Source: Rhodobacter capsulatus SB 1003 (GTDB lineage: Bacteria > Pseudomonadota > Alphaproteobacteria > Rhodobacterales > Rhodobacteraceae). Taken from it: a stretch of 32,000 bases of DNA. Position 1 is the first letter of the stretch. Every line of letters starts with the position of its first letter. Below the pieces are notes generated by a model. It was not told the origin of the DNA, made no database searches, and saw only the letters and a program-made list of their open reading frames with translations. The position numbers and the translations under genes were made by a program. Below are positions 8,128-16,500 of this stretch, piece by piece. The DNA is taken from NCBI RefSeq assembly GCF_000021865.1, contig NC_014034.1:3480001-3512000 (forward strand). Direction: 5' to 3'.

Positions 8128-9642
8128 TCACTCGCCGCGCGGATAGCGCTGGTTTTCCTCCAGCACGTTCAGGTCCATGTGGTTGCGCATGTAGCGTTCC
8201 GACGCCTTTTGCAGCGGCTGGTAATCCCAAGGGAAATAGGCGCCGTTGCGCAGCGCGTCATAAACCGCCCAGCGCCGCGCCTGGCTTTCGCGCACCGCCG
8301 CATCGAAGGCGCCCAGATCCCAACGCGTCAGCGCCTGATCGGTCAGCCGCTTCAGTGTATCCGCATGTTCGGGCGCGGTGGCCAGATTGACCAGTTCTTG
8401 CGGATCGGCTTCGAGGTCGTAAAGCATCGGCGGATCGACGGCACAGAGCATCAGCTTGTAACGCCCCTCGCGCAGGCAGACCATCGGCGCGATCGTCGAT
8501 TCCGCGGCATATTCCATCGGCACCGCGGCGCGGGCCCCGCCTTGCGCCACCGGGTCCAGATCGACCCCGTCGGTCCAGCGCGCCAACGTGGAAATGTCGA
8601 TCCCCGCCAAGGCCGCCAGCGTCGGCGTGATGTCAAGCGTCGAGACCGGCGTGTCGATCCGCCCGGGTTTCCAGCCGGGCGCGGCAATCATCATCGGCAC
8701 CCGCGCCGAGCCCTCGAAGAAGTTCATCTTGAACCACAAGCCGCGCTCGCCCAGCATGTCGCCATGATCCGAGACGAAGACGATGATCGTGTTGTCCGCC
8801 ATCCGCCCGCGTTCCAGAACGTCAAGGATTTCCCCTATCTTTTCATCGATGTAGCTGATCGAGGCAAAATACCCCTGGCGGGCACGGCGGATCATTTCGG
8901 GGGTTATTTCGAAATTTCTGAAATCACAGGATTCCAGAATACGCCGCGACTGCGGGTCCTGATCCTCGAAAGGCAGCGCAGGCACGGTGGGGTCCAGCGC
9001 CGGACTTTCCTCGTAAAGATCCCAGAACCGCTTGCGCGCCACATAGGGGTCGTGTGGATGGGTGAAGGACACCGTCAGACACCAGGGCCGGTCGTCCTGC
9101 CGCCGCGACAGGTCGTAAAGCTTGCGCGTGGCGTGATAGGCGACCTCGTCGTCATATTCCATCTGGTTGGTGATCTCGGCCACGCCCGCGCCGGTGACCG
9201 AGCCGAGGTTGTGATACCACCAGTCGATCCGCTCGCCCGGCTTGGTGTAATCGGGCGTCCAGCCGAAATCGGCCGGGTAAATGTCGGTCGTCAGCCGTTC
9301 CTCGAAGCCATGCAGCTGATCGGGGCCGACGAAATGCATCTTGCCCGAAAGCGTCGTGGCATAGCCCGCCCGGCGCAGGTGATGCGCGAAGGTCGGAATG
9401 TCCGAGGCGAATTCGGCCGCATTGTCGTAAACCCGCGTGCGGGACGGCAACTGCCCCGACATGAAGGACGCCCGCGCGGGGGCACACAAGGGGCTGGCCG
9501 TGTAGGTATTGGCAAAGCGGGTGGACCGCTTCGCCAGACGCTTCAGATGCGGCGTGTGCAGGAACGGGGCCGGACCGTCGGGAAACAGCGTCCCGTTGGC
9601 CTGATCCACCATGATGACAAGAATATTCGGGCGGGGGTCCAT
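8128..9642 (-). CDS. betC: Choline-O-sulfate sulfatase (Cys-type sulfatase)
   Basis: 504-aa track ORF. MDPRPNILVIMVDQANGTLFPDGPAPFLHTPHLKRLA..YTASPLCAPARASFMSGQLPSRTRVYDNAAEF..ITNQMEYDDEV..SERYMRNHMDLNVLEENQRYPRGE matches BetC as I remember it from Sinorhizobium. The formylglycine motif C-A-P-A-R is at nt 9472-9486. There is no signal peptide. Confidence 0.9.
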   Translation of the reverse strand: MDPRPNILVIMVDQANGTLFPDGPAPFLHTPHLKRLAKRSTRFANTYTASPLCAPARASFMSGQLPSRTRVYDNAAEFASDIPTFAHHLRRAGYATTLSGKMHFVGPDQLHGFEERLTTDIYPADFGWTPDYTKPGERIDWWYHNLGSVTGAGVAEITNQMEYDDEVAYHATRKLYDLSRRQDDRPWCLTVSFTHPHDPYVARKRFWDLYEESPALDPTVPALPFEDQDPQSRRILESCDFRNFEITPEMIRRARQGYFASISYIDEKIGEILDVLERGRMADNTIIVFVSDHGDMLGERGLWFKMNFFEGSARVPMMIAAPGWKPGRIDTPVSTLDITPTLAALAGIDISTLARWTDGVDLDPVAQGGARAAVPMEYAAESTIAPMVCLREGRYKLMLCAVDPPMLYDLEADPQELVNLATAPEHADTLKRLTDQALTRWDLGAFDAAVRESQARRWAVYDALRNGAYFPWDYQPLQKASERYMRNHMDLNVLEENQRYPRGE

Positions 9643-9657
9643 GGTCCGGCTTCGTCC

Positions 9658-10602
9658 TTACAGTCCCAACGCGGCCTTGACCGCCGCCTCGCCCGGTTGG
9701 CCGTCGAGCGTCGTCACCCCGTCCAGCCAGGGGCCCAGAACCTCGGGATGCGCCTTGATCCAGTCGCTGGCCGCCACCCTGGCATCGGTGCCGCCAAGGA
9801 TCGATCCCATCAGCGCGTTCTCCATCCCCAGCTCGAACACGAGGTTCGAAAACAGCTTGCCCGCATTCGGGCAGGCCCCGGCCCAGCCCTTGCGGGCGAG
9901 CGTATGCACCGTGGCCCCGCCGAAATCGGGGCCGAAATAGGCATCCCCGCCCGACAGATAGGTCAGGTCGAAATTGGCATTCATCGGATGCGGCGCCCAG
10001 GCGAGGAAGACGATCCCCTTGCCCTCCTTCACCGCGCGATCGACCTGCGCCAGCATCGCCTGTTCGCCCGATTCGACCAGTTCCCAGTCCCGCAGCCCGA
10101 AATCATTGCCGTCGATCATCTTCTGGATATTGGCATTGGCGGGCGCCCCCGGCTCGATGCCATAGATCTTGTGATCGAAATCATCCCCATGCGCGGCCAG
10201 ATCGGCGAAATCCGTCACGCCCTTGGCCGCCGCGGCCGTCGGCACGGCCAGCGTGAACTTCGCCCCGGTCAGGTTCTGCGCCAGATGATCGACCGCATCG
10301 GCGGCGGTCAGATCGTCGATGAATTTCTGCTGCGCCGGCATCCAGTTGCCCAGAAACACGTCGATCTCGCCATTCTTCATCGATTCATAGCCGATCGGCA
10401 CCGACAGCGTCTTGACCTCGGGCGCATAGCCAAGGCCCGTCAGCACCACCGAGGCGACCGCATTCGTCGCGGTGATGTCGGTCCACCCCGGGTCCGACAT
10501 CCGGATCGTCGCGCAGGAGCCGTCATCGGCCAGCGCCATCGCGGCGCCGGACAGAAGGAATGCCACGGAAAGCCCCGTGCGGCAGGCGATGGAGAAGGTC
10601 AT
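9658..10602 (-). CDS. Periplasmic OpuAC/ChoX-type quaternary-amine (choline / choline-sulfate / betaine) binding protein
   Basis: 314-aa track ORF with an AGGGAG RBS and a Sec signal (..LLSGAAMALA/DD). It carries OpuAC-family blocks (MSDPGWTDITATNAV..GEIDVFLGNWMP..IYGIEPGA..FLAWAPHPMN). It ends 15 nt upstream of betC. Confidence 0.85.
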   Translation of the reverse strand: MTFSIACRTGLSVAFLLSGAAMALADDGSCATIRMSDPGWTDITATNAVASVVLTGLGYAPEVKTLSVPIGYESMKNGEIDVFLGNWMPAQQKFIDDLTAADAVDHLAQNLTGAKFTLAVPTAAAAKGVTDFADLAAHGDDFDHKIYGIEPGAPANANIQKMIDGNDFGLRDWELVESGEQAMLAQVDRAVKEGKGIVFLAWAPHPMNANFDLTYLSGGDAYFGPDFGGATVHTLARKGWAGACPNAGKLFSNLVFELGMENALMGSILGGTDARVAASDWIKAHPEVLGPWLDGVTTLDGQPGEAAVKAALGL

Positions 10603-10611
10603 TCTGGCTCC

Positions 10612-10649
10612 CTGTCAGCTATTTCATTCGCTTATGAAAGGTGAGACAG
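10612..10649. promoter_or_regulatory. Composite 38-bp dyad in the divergent LysR / binding-protein intergenic region (candidate LysR operator)
   Basis: CTGTC-N5-TTTCAT-N6-ATGAAA-N5-GACAG. The inner and outer arm pairs share the same symmetry centre (10630.5). An 8-bp palindrome CTGTACAG follows at 10656-10663. Confidence 0.35.
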
Positions 10650-10705
10650 TTTGTCCTGTACAGAGGCAATTTCTGAATGCTTGCGATAAGGAGGGTTTAT
10701 ACCTG

Positions 10706-11590
10706 ATGCGACGGGTCGATCTGGGCTGGATGCGGGTCTTCGTCGAGGTCGGGCGGGCGGGCAGCCTGTCCGAGGCGGCCCATCGCCTGAACATCACCCA
10801 GCCCGCGGTCAGCTATCAGATCCGCCGCGCCGAGGGGGAATTCGGGGTCGCCCTGCTGCTGCGCAAGGCCCGCGGGGTGGAGCTGACGCCCGAGGGGCGG
10901 GCGCTGCACGACATCCTGACCCGCGCCGTCACCCAGGTCGATGCGCTGGCCGAGGCGCTGCGCCCGCAGCCCCGGCGCAAGACGCTGCGGCTTTGCACCG
11001 ATTACGCCTTTTCCAGCCTTTGGCTGATGCCGCGGCTGCATCTGTTCCGCGCCGCCCATCCCGAACTGGAACTGCAGATCGTCGCGCTGCAACATGCCGG
11101 AACACGGGCCGAGGGCGAGATGGCGGTGGTTTTCGCCTCCCGCGCCGAGCTGGGTCCCGAGGCGGTGCAGATCATGCCCGAAGCGGTGGTGCCGGTCTGC
11201 GCCCCCGCGCTGCGCGCCGGTCTGCCCGACGGCGTGCTGCCCGATGCGCCGCTGATCCATCTGGATGCCGAACCGGGGGCGATCTGGTTCGACTGGACCT
11301 CTTACCAGCGTACCCTGCCCCGGGCCCGCGATCCGCGCCGCGCGCGCGGGGATCTGCGCTGCAACACCTATGCGCTGGTGATCGAGGCGGCGCTGGCCGG
11401 GCAAGGCGTGGCTCTGGGCTGGCGCGGTCTGGTGGATCGGCTGCTTGCCCGCGATCAACTGGTCGAGGCCGGGCCGGAACTGACCAACCCGGACCGGGGC
11501 TATTTTCTGGTCGCAAACGCCCCGCACGACGCCGGGGCAGAGGCGCTCTGCTCCTGGCTGCGGGCCGAAGCGGGTCTGCCCTCAGGTTGA
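10706..11590 (+). CDS. LysR-family transcriptional regulator, divergent from the binding-protein/betC pair
   Basis: In frame with track ORF 10472..11590. The ATG at 10706 follows an AAGGAGGG RBS. The 294-aa product has an N-terminal wHTH (MRRVDLGWMRVFVEVGRAGSLSEAAHRLNITQPAVSYQIRRAEGEFGVALLLR) and a LysR substrate-binding fold after it. Confidence 0.85.
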   Translation: MRRVDLGWMRVFVEVGRAGSLSEAAHRLNITQPAVSYQIRRAEGEFGVALLLRKARGVELTPEGRALHDILTRAVTQVDALAEALRPQPRRKTLRLCTDYAFSSLWLMPRLHLFRAAHPELELQIVALQHAGTRAEGEMAVVFASRAELGPEAVQIMPEAVVPVCAPALRAGLPDGVLPDAPLIHLDAEPGAIWFDWTSYQRTLPRARDPRRARGDLRCNTYALVIEAALAGQGVALGWRGLVDRLLARDQLVEAGPELTNPDRGYFLVANAPHDAGAEALCSWLRAEAGLPSG

Positions 11591-12148
11591 GGTGGCGGTG
11601 ACGCTTGCGGTGGAATAGGGGAGCGGCGCAATGCCCTGCGCCTTGCGGCTGGCCGCCCAGGCGCTGGCGGCGGCCTGCGATCCCGGCGCAGCCTCGGGAA
11701 CCTCGACCCGGTTCGCCAGCAATTGCTTGATCCGGTCGAAGCTTTCCTCGATCTCCTTCGCCGCCTTGCGCGCGGCTTTCTTGCGTTCGGCGTCGCTCAT
11801 TTCCTGCTTCTCCGAGGCGGCATCGCCCGCGGAGCCCGATCCTGCCGGGGCAATGTGCTCGGACCCGGTCCTTGCGGCCTCCGCAGGCGCCGCCTCGGCA
11901 CCGGCCTCGGACGCGGCCGCCCCTTCCTCGGCGGCGGGGGCCGGCGCTTCGGTCTGGTTCGCCTCGGCGGCGCGCGCCTGCACAAGGGCTTCCTGCATCC
12001 GGCTCGCCTGGCTTGAACCGGCCCAATCCCGAGACGGTTCCGGCGCGGTCGCCTCCTCCGCAAGGGTGAAGGCCGGGCCGCTGGCCGTGGTGGCCCGGGC
12101 GGCTTGCACCGGCGTGACGGGGGAGGCGTTGGAAACGGCAGTAATCAT
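11582..12148 (-). CDS. Hypothetical Ala/Glu/Pro-rich low-complexity protein with a charged helical segment
   Basis: In the frame of track ORF 11582..12235. The likely start is ATG 12148 (AAGGA RBS), giving 188 aa: MITAVSNASPVTPVQAARATT..SEKQEMSDAERKKAARKAAKEIEESFDRIKQLLANR.. I recognise no domain. The antisense ORF 11631..12344 shares third-codon positions, so GC3 cannot decide between them. I preferred the minus strand on composition and RBS. Confidence 0.5.
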   Translation of the reverse strand: MITAVSNASPVTPVQAARATTASGPAFTLAEEATAPEPSRDWAGSSQASRMQEALVQARAAEANQTEAPAPAAEEGAAASEAGAEAAPAEAARTGSEHIAPAGSGSAGDAASEKQEMSDAERKKAARKAAKEIEESFDRIKQLLANRVEVPEAAPGSQAAASAWAASRKAQGIAPLPYSTASVTATST

Positions 12149-12244
12149 CACAAGCGTCCTTCTGGATCTGTCCCCGGCAGGATGGCAAACGGGGATGAAG
12201 AAAATCCTGACGCCGCCGCGGAAAATCCGCAGCATTCGAACGGT

Positions 12245-13471
12245 TCAGACCTCGGCCATGATCGCGGCGGCCGGGCGGCCCGCGGCGATCAGAGCGCCGA
12301 TCCGGCGCAGCCGCGGCGCGGCATGGTCCAGAAACATCCGGTAGCCGTCGCAGAAATGGTTGATCCGGCCCGGCCCGCCCGGCTCGGGCGCGGTGCGGTG
12401 CTTCGGGCAGCCGCCATGGCAGGCAAGGCGCCAAGCACAGGCGCGGCAGGTGGCGCAAAGCCCGGCCTGCTTGTCCCGGCCGAAAGCCCGCGCCTTTGGC
12501 AGCGCCGCCAGTTCCCCCACCGGACGGGCCTTGATATTGCCCAGCCGGAACGCCGGATAGACGTAGTGATCGCAGGGGAACAGCCCGCCGTCCTGTTCCA
12601 AAGCCAGCGCCGTGCCGCAGGTTTCGGCAAAGACGCACAGCCCCGCCGGTTCGCCCAGCAGCAGGCCCAGCATCTCGTCGAAATGCTGCACGAAGATGCG
12701 GCCGACATCGCGGGCGATCCAGTCGTCGAAGATCGCGCAGAGAAACCGGCCATACTCCGCCCCGGTGATGCAGAACGGCGCCAGCACCGCCCCCCTGTCG
12801 TCCCGCCCGGGCGGCCCTGCGCGGCGGCCATCGGGCAAAAGCCGCTCATGCGCCGGGATGAACTGCAGGAACTCCGGCCCGAGCCCCGCCAGATAGCGAT
12901 AGACCGCAACCGGATCGGCGACATTCGCCCGGGAGACCACGGTCAGCAGATTGACCCGCGCCCCGGCCCGCTGCAACCGCTCGAGCCCGCGCAGCACCGC
13001 CGCGGAGGAGGGCCGCCCGCGCCGATCCGGCCGCGCCGCATCATGCCTCTCGGGCGGGCCGTCAAGGCTGAGGCCGACCAGAAAATCCTGTTCGGCGAAG
13101 AACCCGGCCCAGGCCTCGGTGATCAGCGTGCCATTCGTCTGGATCAGGTTCGAGATCCGGTGCCCGGGCGGGCAAAGCCGGGCCTGCAGCGCGACGAGGC
13201 GGCGAAACCAGTCGAGCCCCATCAGCATCGGCTCGCCGCCCTGCCAGGCAAAGGCAATCTCGCGCAGACCGGCGGCGGACTGGCTGGCGATGTAATCGGC
13301 AAGGAACCGGGTCAACACCGCATCGTCGATGCGAAAGCGATGGCCGGGCGGAAACAGCGCTTCCTTTTCAAGGTAATAGCAATAGTCGCAGGCCAGATTG
13401 CAGCGCGGCCCGATGGGCTTTGCCATGACATGGAACGGATGGGCGGACGGGGGGCGGCGCAGACCTCGCAT
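12245..13471 (-). CDS. Radical SAM/SPASM enzyme, anaerobic sulfatase-maturating enzyme (anSME, AtsB/AslB)-like
   Basis: In the frame of track ORF 12245..13609. I chose ATG 13471 as the start because the longer form would overlap the upstream gene, giving 408 aa. The N-terminus PFHVMAKPIGPRCNLACDYCYY carries CX3CX2C, followed by QGGEPML. SPASM cysteines are present (..LFPCDHYVYP.., CATCRACAWRLACHGGCPKHR). An alternative start is ATG 13426. Confidence 0.85.
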   Translation of the reverse strand: MRGLRRPPSAHPFHVMAKPIGPRCNLACDYCYYLEKEALFPPGHRFRIDDAVLTRFLADYIASQSAAGLREIAFAWQGGEPMLMGLDWFRRLVALQARLCPPGHRISNLIQTNGTLITEAWAGFFAEQDFLVGLSLDGPPERHDAARPDRRGRPSSAAVLRGLERLQRAGARVNLLTVVSRANVADPVAVYRYLAGLGPEFLQFIPAHERLLPDGRRAGPPGRDDRGAVLAPFCITGAEYGRFLCAIFDDWIARDVGRIFVQHFDEMLGLLLGEPAGLCVFAETCGTALALEQDGGLFPCDHYVYPAFRLGNIKARPVGELAALPKARAFGRDKQAGLCATCRACAWRLACHGGCPKHRTAPEPGGPGRINHFCDGYRMFLDHAAPRLRRIGALIAAGRPAAAIMAEV

Positions 13472-13511
13472 CGCCCGACTATGCGGCCCCGGCGCGGGCG
13501 CGGCAAGCCCC

Positions 13512-16500
13512 TCAGGCGCGGCGCACCACCTCCTGCGTGCAGATCCGCATGAAATCCTCGGCCGATTGCGGCATCGAGAACAGATAGCCCTGCAGCACGT
13601 CGCAGCCAAGATCGCGCAGGATTTCGGCCTGCGCCCAGGTCTCGACCCCTTCGGCGACGGTGGCGATGCCCAGGGTTTCGGCGATCTCGACGATGGCGCG
13701 CACCAGATTTTTCGACCGCGGATCCCGCGCCACCGGGGCCACGATGCGCTGGTCGATCTTCAGCGCCGAGGGGGCAATCTGCATCAGCCCGATGATCGAG
13801 GCATGACCGGAACCGAAATCGTCGATCTCGATCTCGATCCCGGCGTCGCGCAGCGCATCGAGATGGAAGCGGAACACCTCGCTCTCCTCCTCGACGAGGA
13901 TCGATTCCAGCAGCTCGAAGGTCACCTTGGTCTCGCCCTCGGCGATGGCCCGGGCCGCCCGCACCACATCGGGATCATGCATCCGCCCCGAAGAGACGTT
14001 GAAGCTGATCTTCGGCACGATCAGCCCCCGCGCCCGCCAGGAGGTCAGGGCCGCGGCCGATTTCTCCATCATCACCCGGTCGATTTCCGACACCAGCCGC
14101 AATTGCACCGCCACATGCATGAAGGCATCGGGGACCAGCAGGCCGCGTTCGGGGTGGCGCCAGCGCAGCAGCGTTTCGACCCCGGTCAGCCGTCCGGTCC
14201 GGGCGCAGATCTGCGACTGGAAGAACGGCACGAATTCGCCACGGTCGAGCCCCTCCTGAATCTCGCCCGCCAGCTTGCGGTCGAAAAGGATGTTCTGATG
14301 CAGTTCCGGGGTAAAGAACTCCATCCGGTTCCGTCCGCCCTCCTTCGCGCGATAAAGGGCGGCATCGGCGAAAAGCTGGATCTCGGTGCCCATGGCCGCG
14401 ATATCCTCGGTCTCGGCGATGCCGAAGGAGGCGCCGAACCGGCATTGCCGCCCGTCGAACCACAGGGGTTCCGCCAGCCGCGCCTGCATCCGTTCGACCA
14501 CCTCGCGGGCATGGCCGCCCGACTGACCGGGCGCAAGGATGATCGAAAATTCGTCGCCGCCGATCCGCGCCGCGAAATCGCCGCCGCGCAATTCGGCGCG
14601 CAGCACATCGGCGACGCGCTGCAGCACCATGTCCCCGGCCTCGTGGCCCAGCGTGTCGTTGACATGCTTGAAATGATCCAGATCGACCCGGATCAGCAGG
14701 CAATCGCGCGGACCGGCCGCCGCCGCATCGGCAATGCGGCGGGCCAGCACATTGTCATAGCTGCGCCGGTTCGGCAGCCCGGTCAGCCCGTCATGCAGCG
14801 CCTGACGTTCGTTCTCGGCGCGCATTTCCTCGGCCAGCCGATGCGCCCGGCGCAATTCCGCTTCGCGCGCGACATCGGCGGTGACATCATGCAGCGCCCC
14901 GGTCCAGACCACCGACCCGTCGGGCTGCGGCTTGGACGTGGCCGAATTGGCCAGCCAGATATCGCCGCGCCGCGGATGCCGGACCCGGAACCGCTGGTTC
15001 CAGAGGTCGAGCATGCCCGGCCCCGCCCCCTGCCCGGTCAGGAAATCCGGCAACTCGTCGAACTGCACATTGGCAAACAGATCCTCGACCGCGATCGCCT
15101 GCGAGAACAGGCCGAATTCGATGCCCAGAAGATCCTCGAGATAGGGGCTCGCATAGGGGAAGGAGGCGCTGCCATCGGGGAAACGGCGGAATTCGTAAAG
15201 CCCGACCGGCGCGATCGAGGCGATCGAGGCCAGGCGTTCATGCGCCTGATGCATCTCCCGGGCCGCCTGTTCCTCGCGGCGCTTGGCCTCGATCTGCTCG
15301 GTCACGTCCATCGCATTGCCATACCAGACGATGGTGCCGTTATCCTGCAGGAACGGGCTGGCCGAGACATGCAGCCAGCGCAGGCCGCGTTGCGGATGCC
15401 CGATCCGGTGCAGGATCTCGAACCGGGTCAGGGTCTCGACCGAGTGCGTCACCGCCGCCTGCACCGAGGGAATGTCCTCGGGCAGGATCCGGGTGAAGAC
15501 CGCCGCCCCGTCGGCCTTGAGCGCCTCGCCGCTCAGCCCCAGCAGCTCGGGCAGGGCGGCGCTGAAAAAGGCGAAGCTGAAATGGCCGCTGCTGTCGCGC
15601 TGCCATTCGAAAATCGCCCCGGGCGCGTTTTCCGCCATGGTGACCATGCGGTCATGGGCGCGCCGGACCGCCTCGGCCGAGCGTTCGGCCTCGCGCGTCA
15701 TGCGCATCTGTTCGGTGATGTCGAAGACGTTGCCGAACCAGAGCGTCGCCCCGTCCGGCTGGTTGCAGGGCAGCGCCGAAACGGTCAGCCAGATCCGGCC
15801 GCGATCGGGGTGATCGACCGGCAGCCGATGTTCGAACGGGGTGCCCTGTGCGCGCGACTCCTCGATCCAGCCGAAGATCCCCGGCATCATGTCCTGCGGC
15901 ATGTGGGTGAAGACATTCACGCCATCGGCCACGATCGCCTCGGGGGCGACACCGACCATCATCGGCAGCTTGGCGCTGAAATAGGGCATGTCGATCGAGC
16001 CGTCGGCATTGCGGCGATATTCGAACAGCGCCCCCGGCGCATTGTCGGCCAGCGTGTCCAGCCGGTCCCGGGCCTGTTGCGCCCGGTCCGCCGCCTCGGC
16101 CAGACGGCGTTCGTTTTCCCGGCTCTGATCGATGCAGATGATCACCCCGGCCAGCAGATAGGGCAAGCCCTTGTCCGAACGGTCGACGCGGCGGGCGATG
16201 GCGCGATACCAGTGATAGCTGCCATCGGCATGACGGCAGCGGTGTTCGTGGACGTAGAGATCGCTGGCCCCGGATTTCAGCTTTTCCATCTCGGTCACCG
16301 CCGAGGCCAGATCCTCGGGGTGGATCTGGCTGCGCCAGCCCGCATCGGTCGAGGCGAAGGCCCCCGGGGCATGGCCGAACAGGCGATAGGTCTCGTCGGG
16401 GGTCCAGCCCTGCCCCAGATCGGGGCAGACGCTGAACGAGCCGATCCCGGCGCAAAGCGCCGAGGTGCGCAAAAGCTCGCCGCGCTCCTCGGCCTTGGCG

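Noticed and set aside
8906-8915. Perfect 10-bp palindrome ATTTCGAAAT in an AT-rich patch
   Set aside because: It lies inside the betC coding sequence (..RNFEITPEM..). It is explained by codon content, and there is no intergenic context for a regulatory role.
8179-10644. 821-aa plus-strand ORF spanning the sulfatase and binding-protein region
   Set aside because: It is antisense to two independently recognisable genes (betC and the OpuAC-type binding protein) and runs straight across their intergenic gap. The composition is Arg-rich nonsense.
11631-12344. 237-aa plus-strand ORF downstream of the LysR gene, an alternative to the minus-strand low-complexity ORF
   Set aside because: Its third-codon positions coincide with those of the minus-strand ORF, so GC3 is uninformative. 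I rejected it because the product is Ser/Ala/Cys-rich with no helical or hydrophobic logic, it lacks a clear RBS, and it overlaps the radical SAM gene by 100 nt. This rejection is not airtight.
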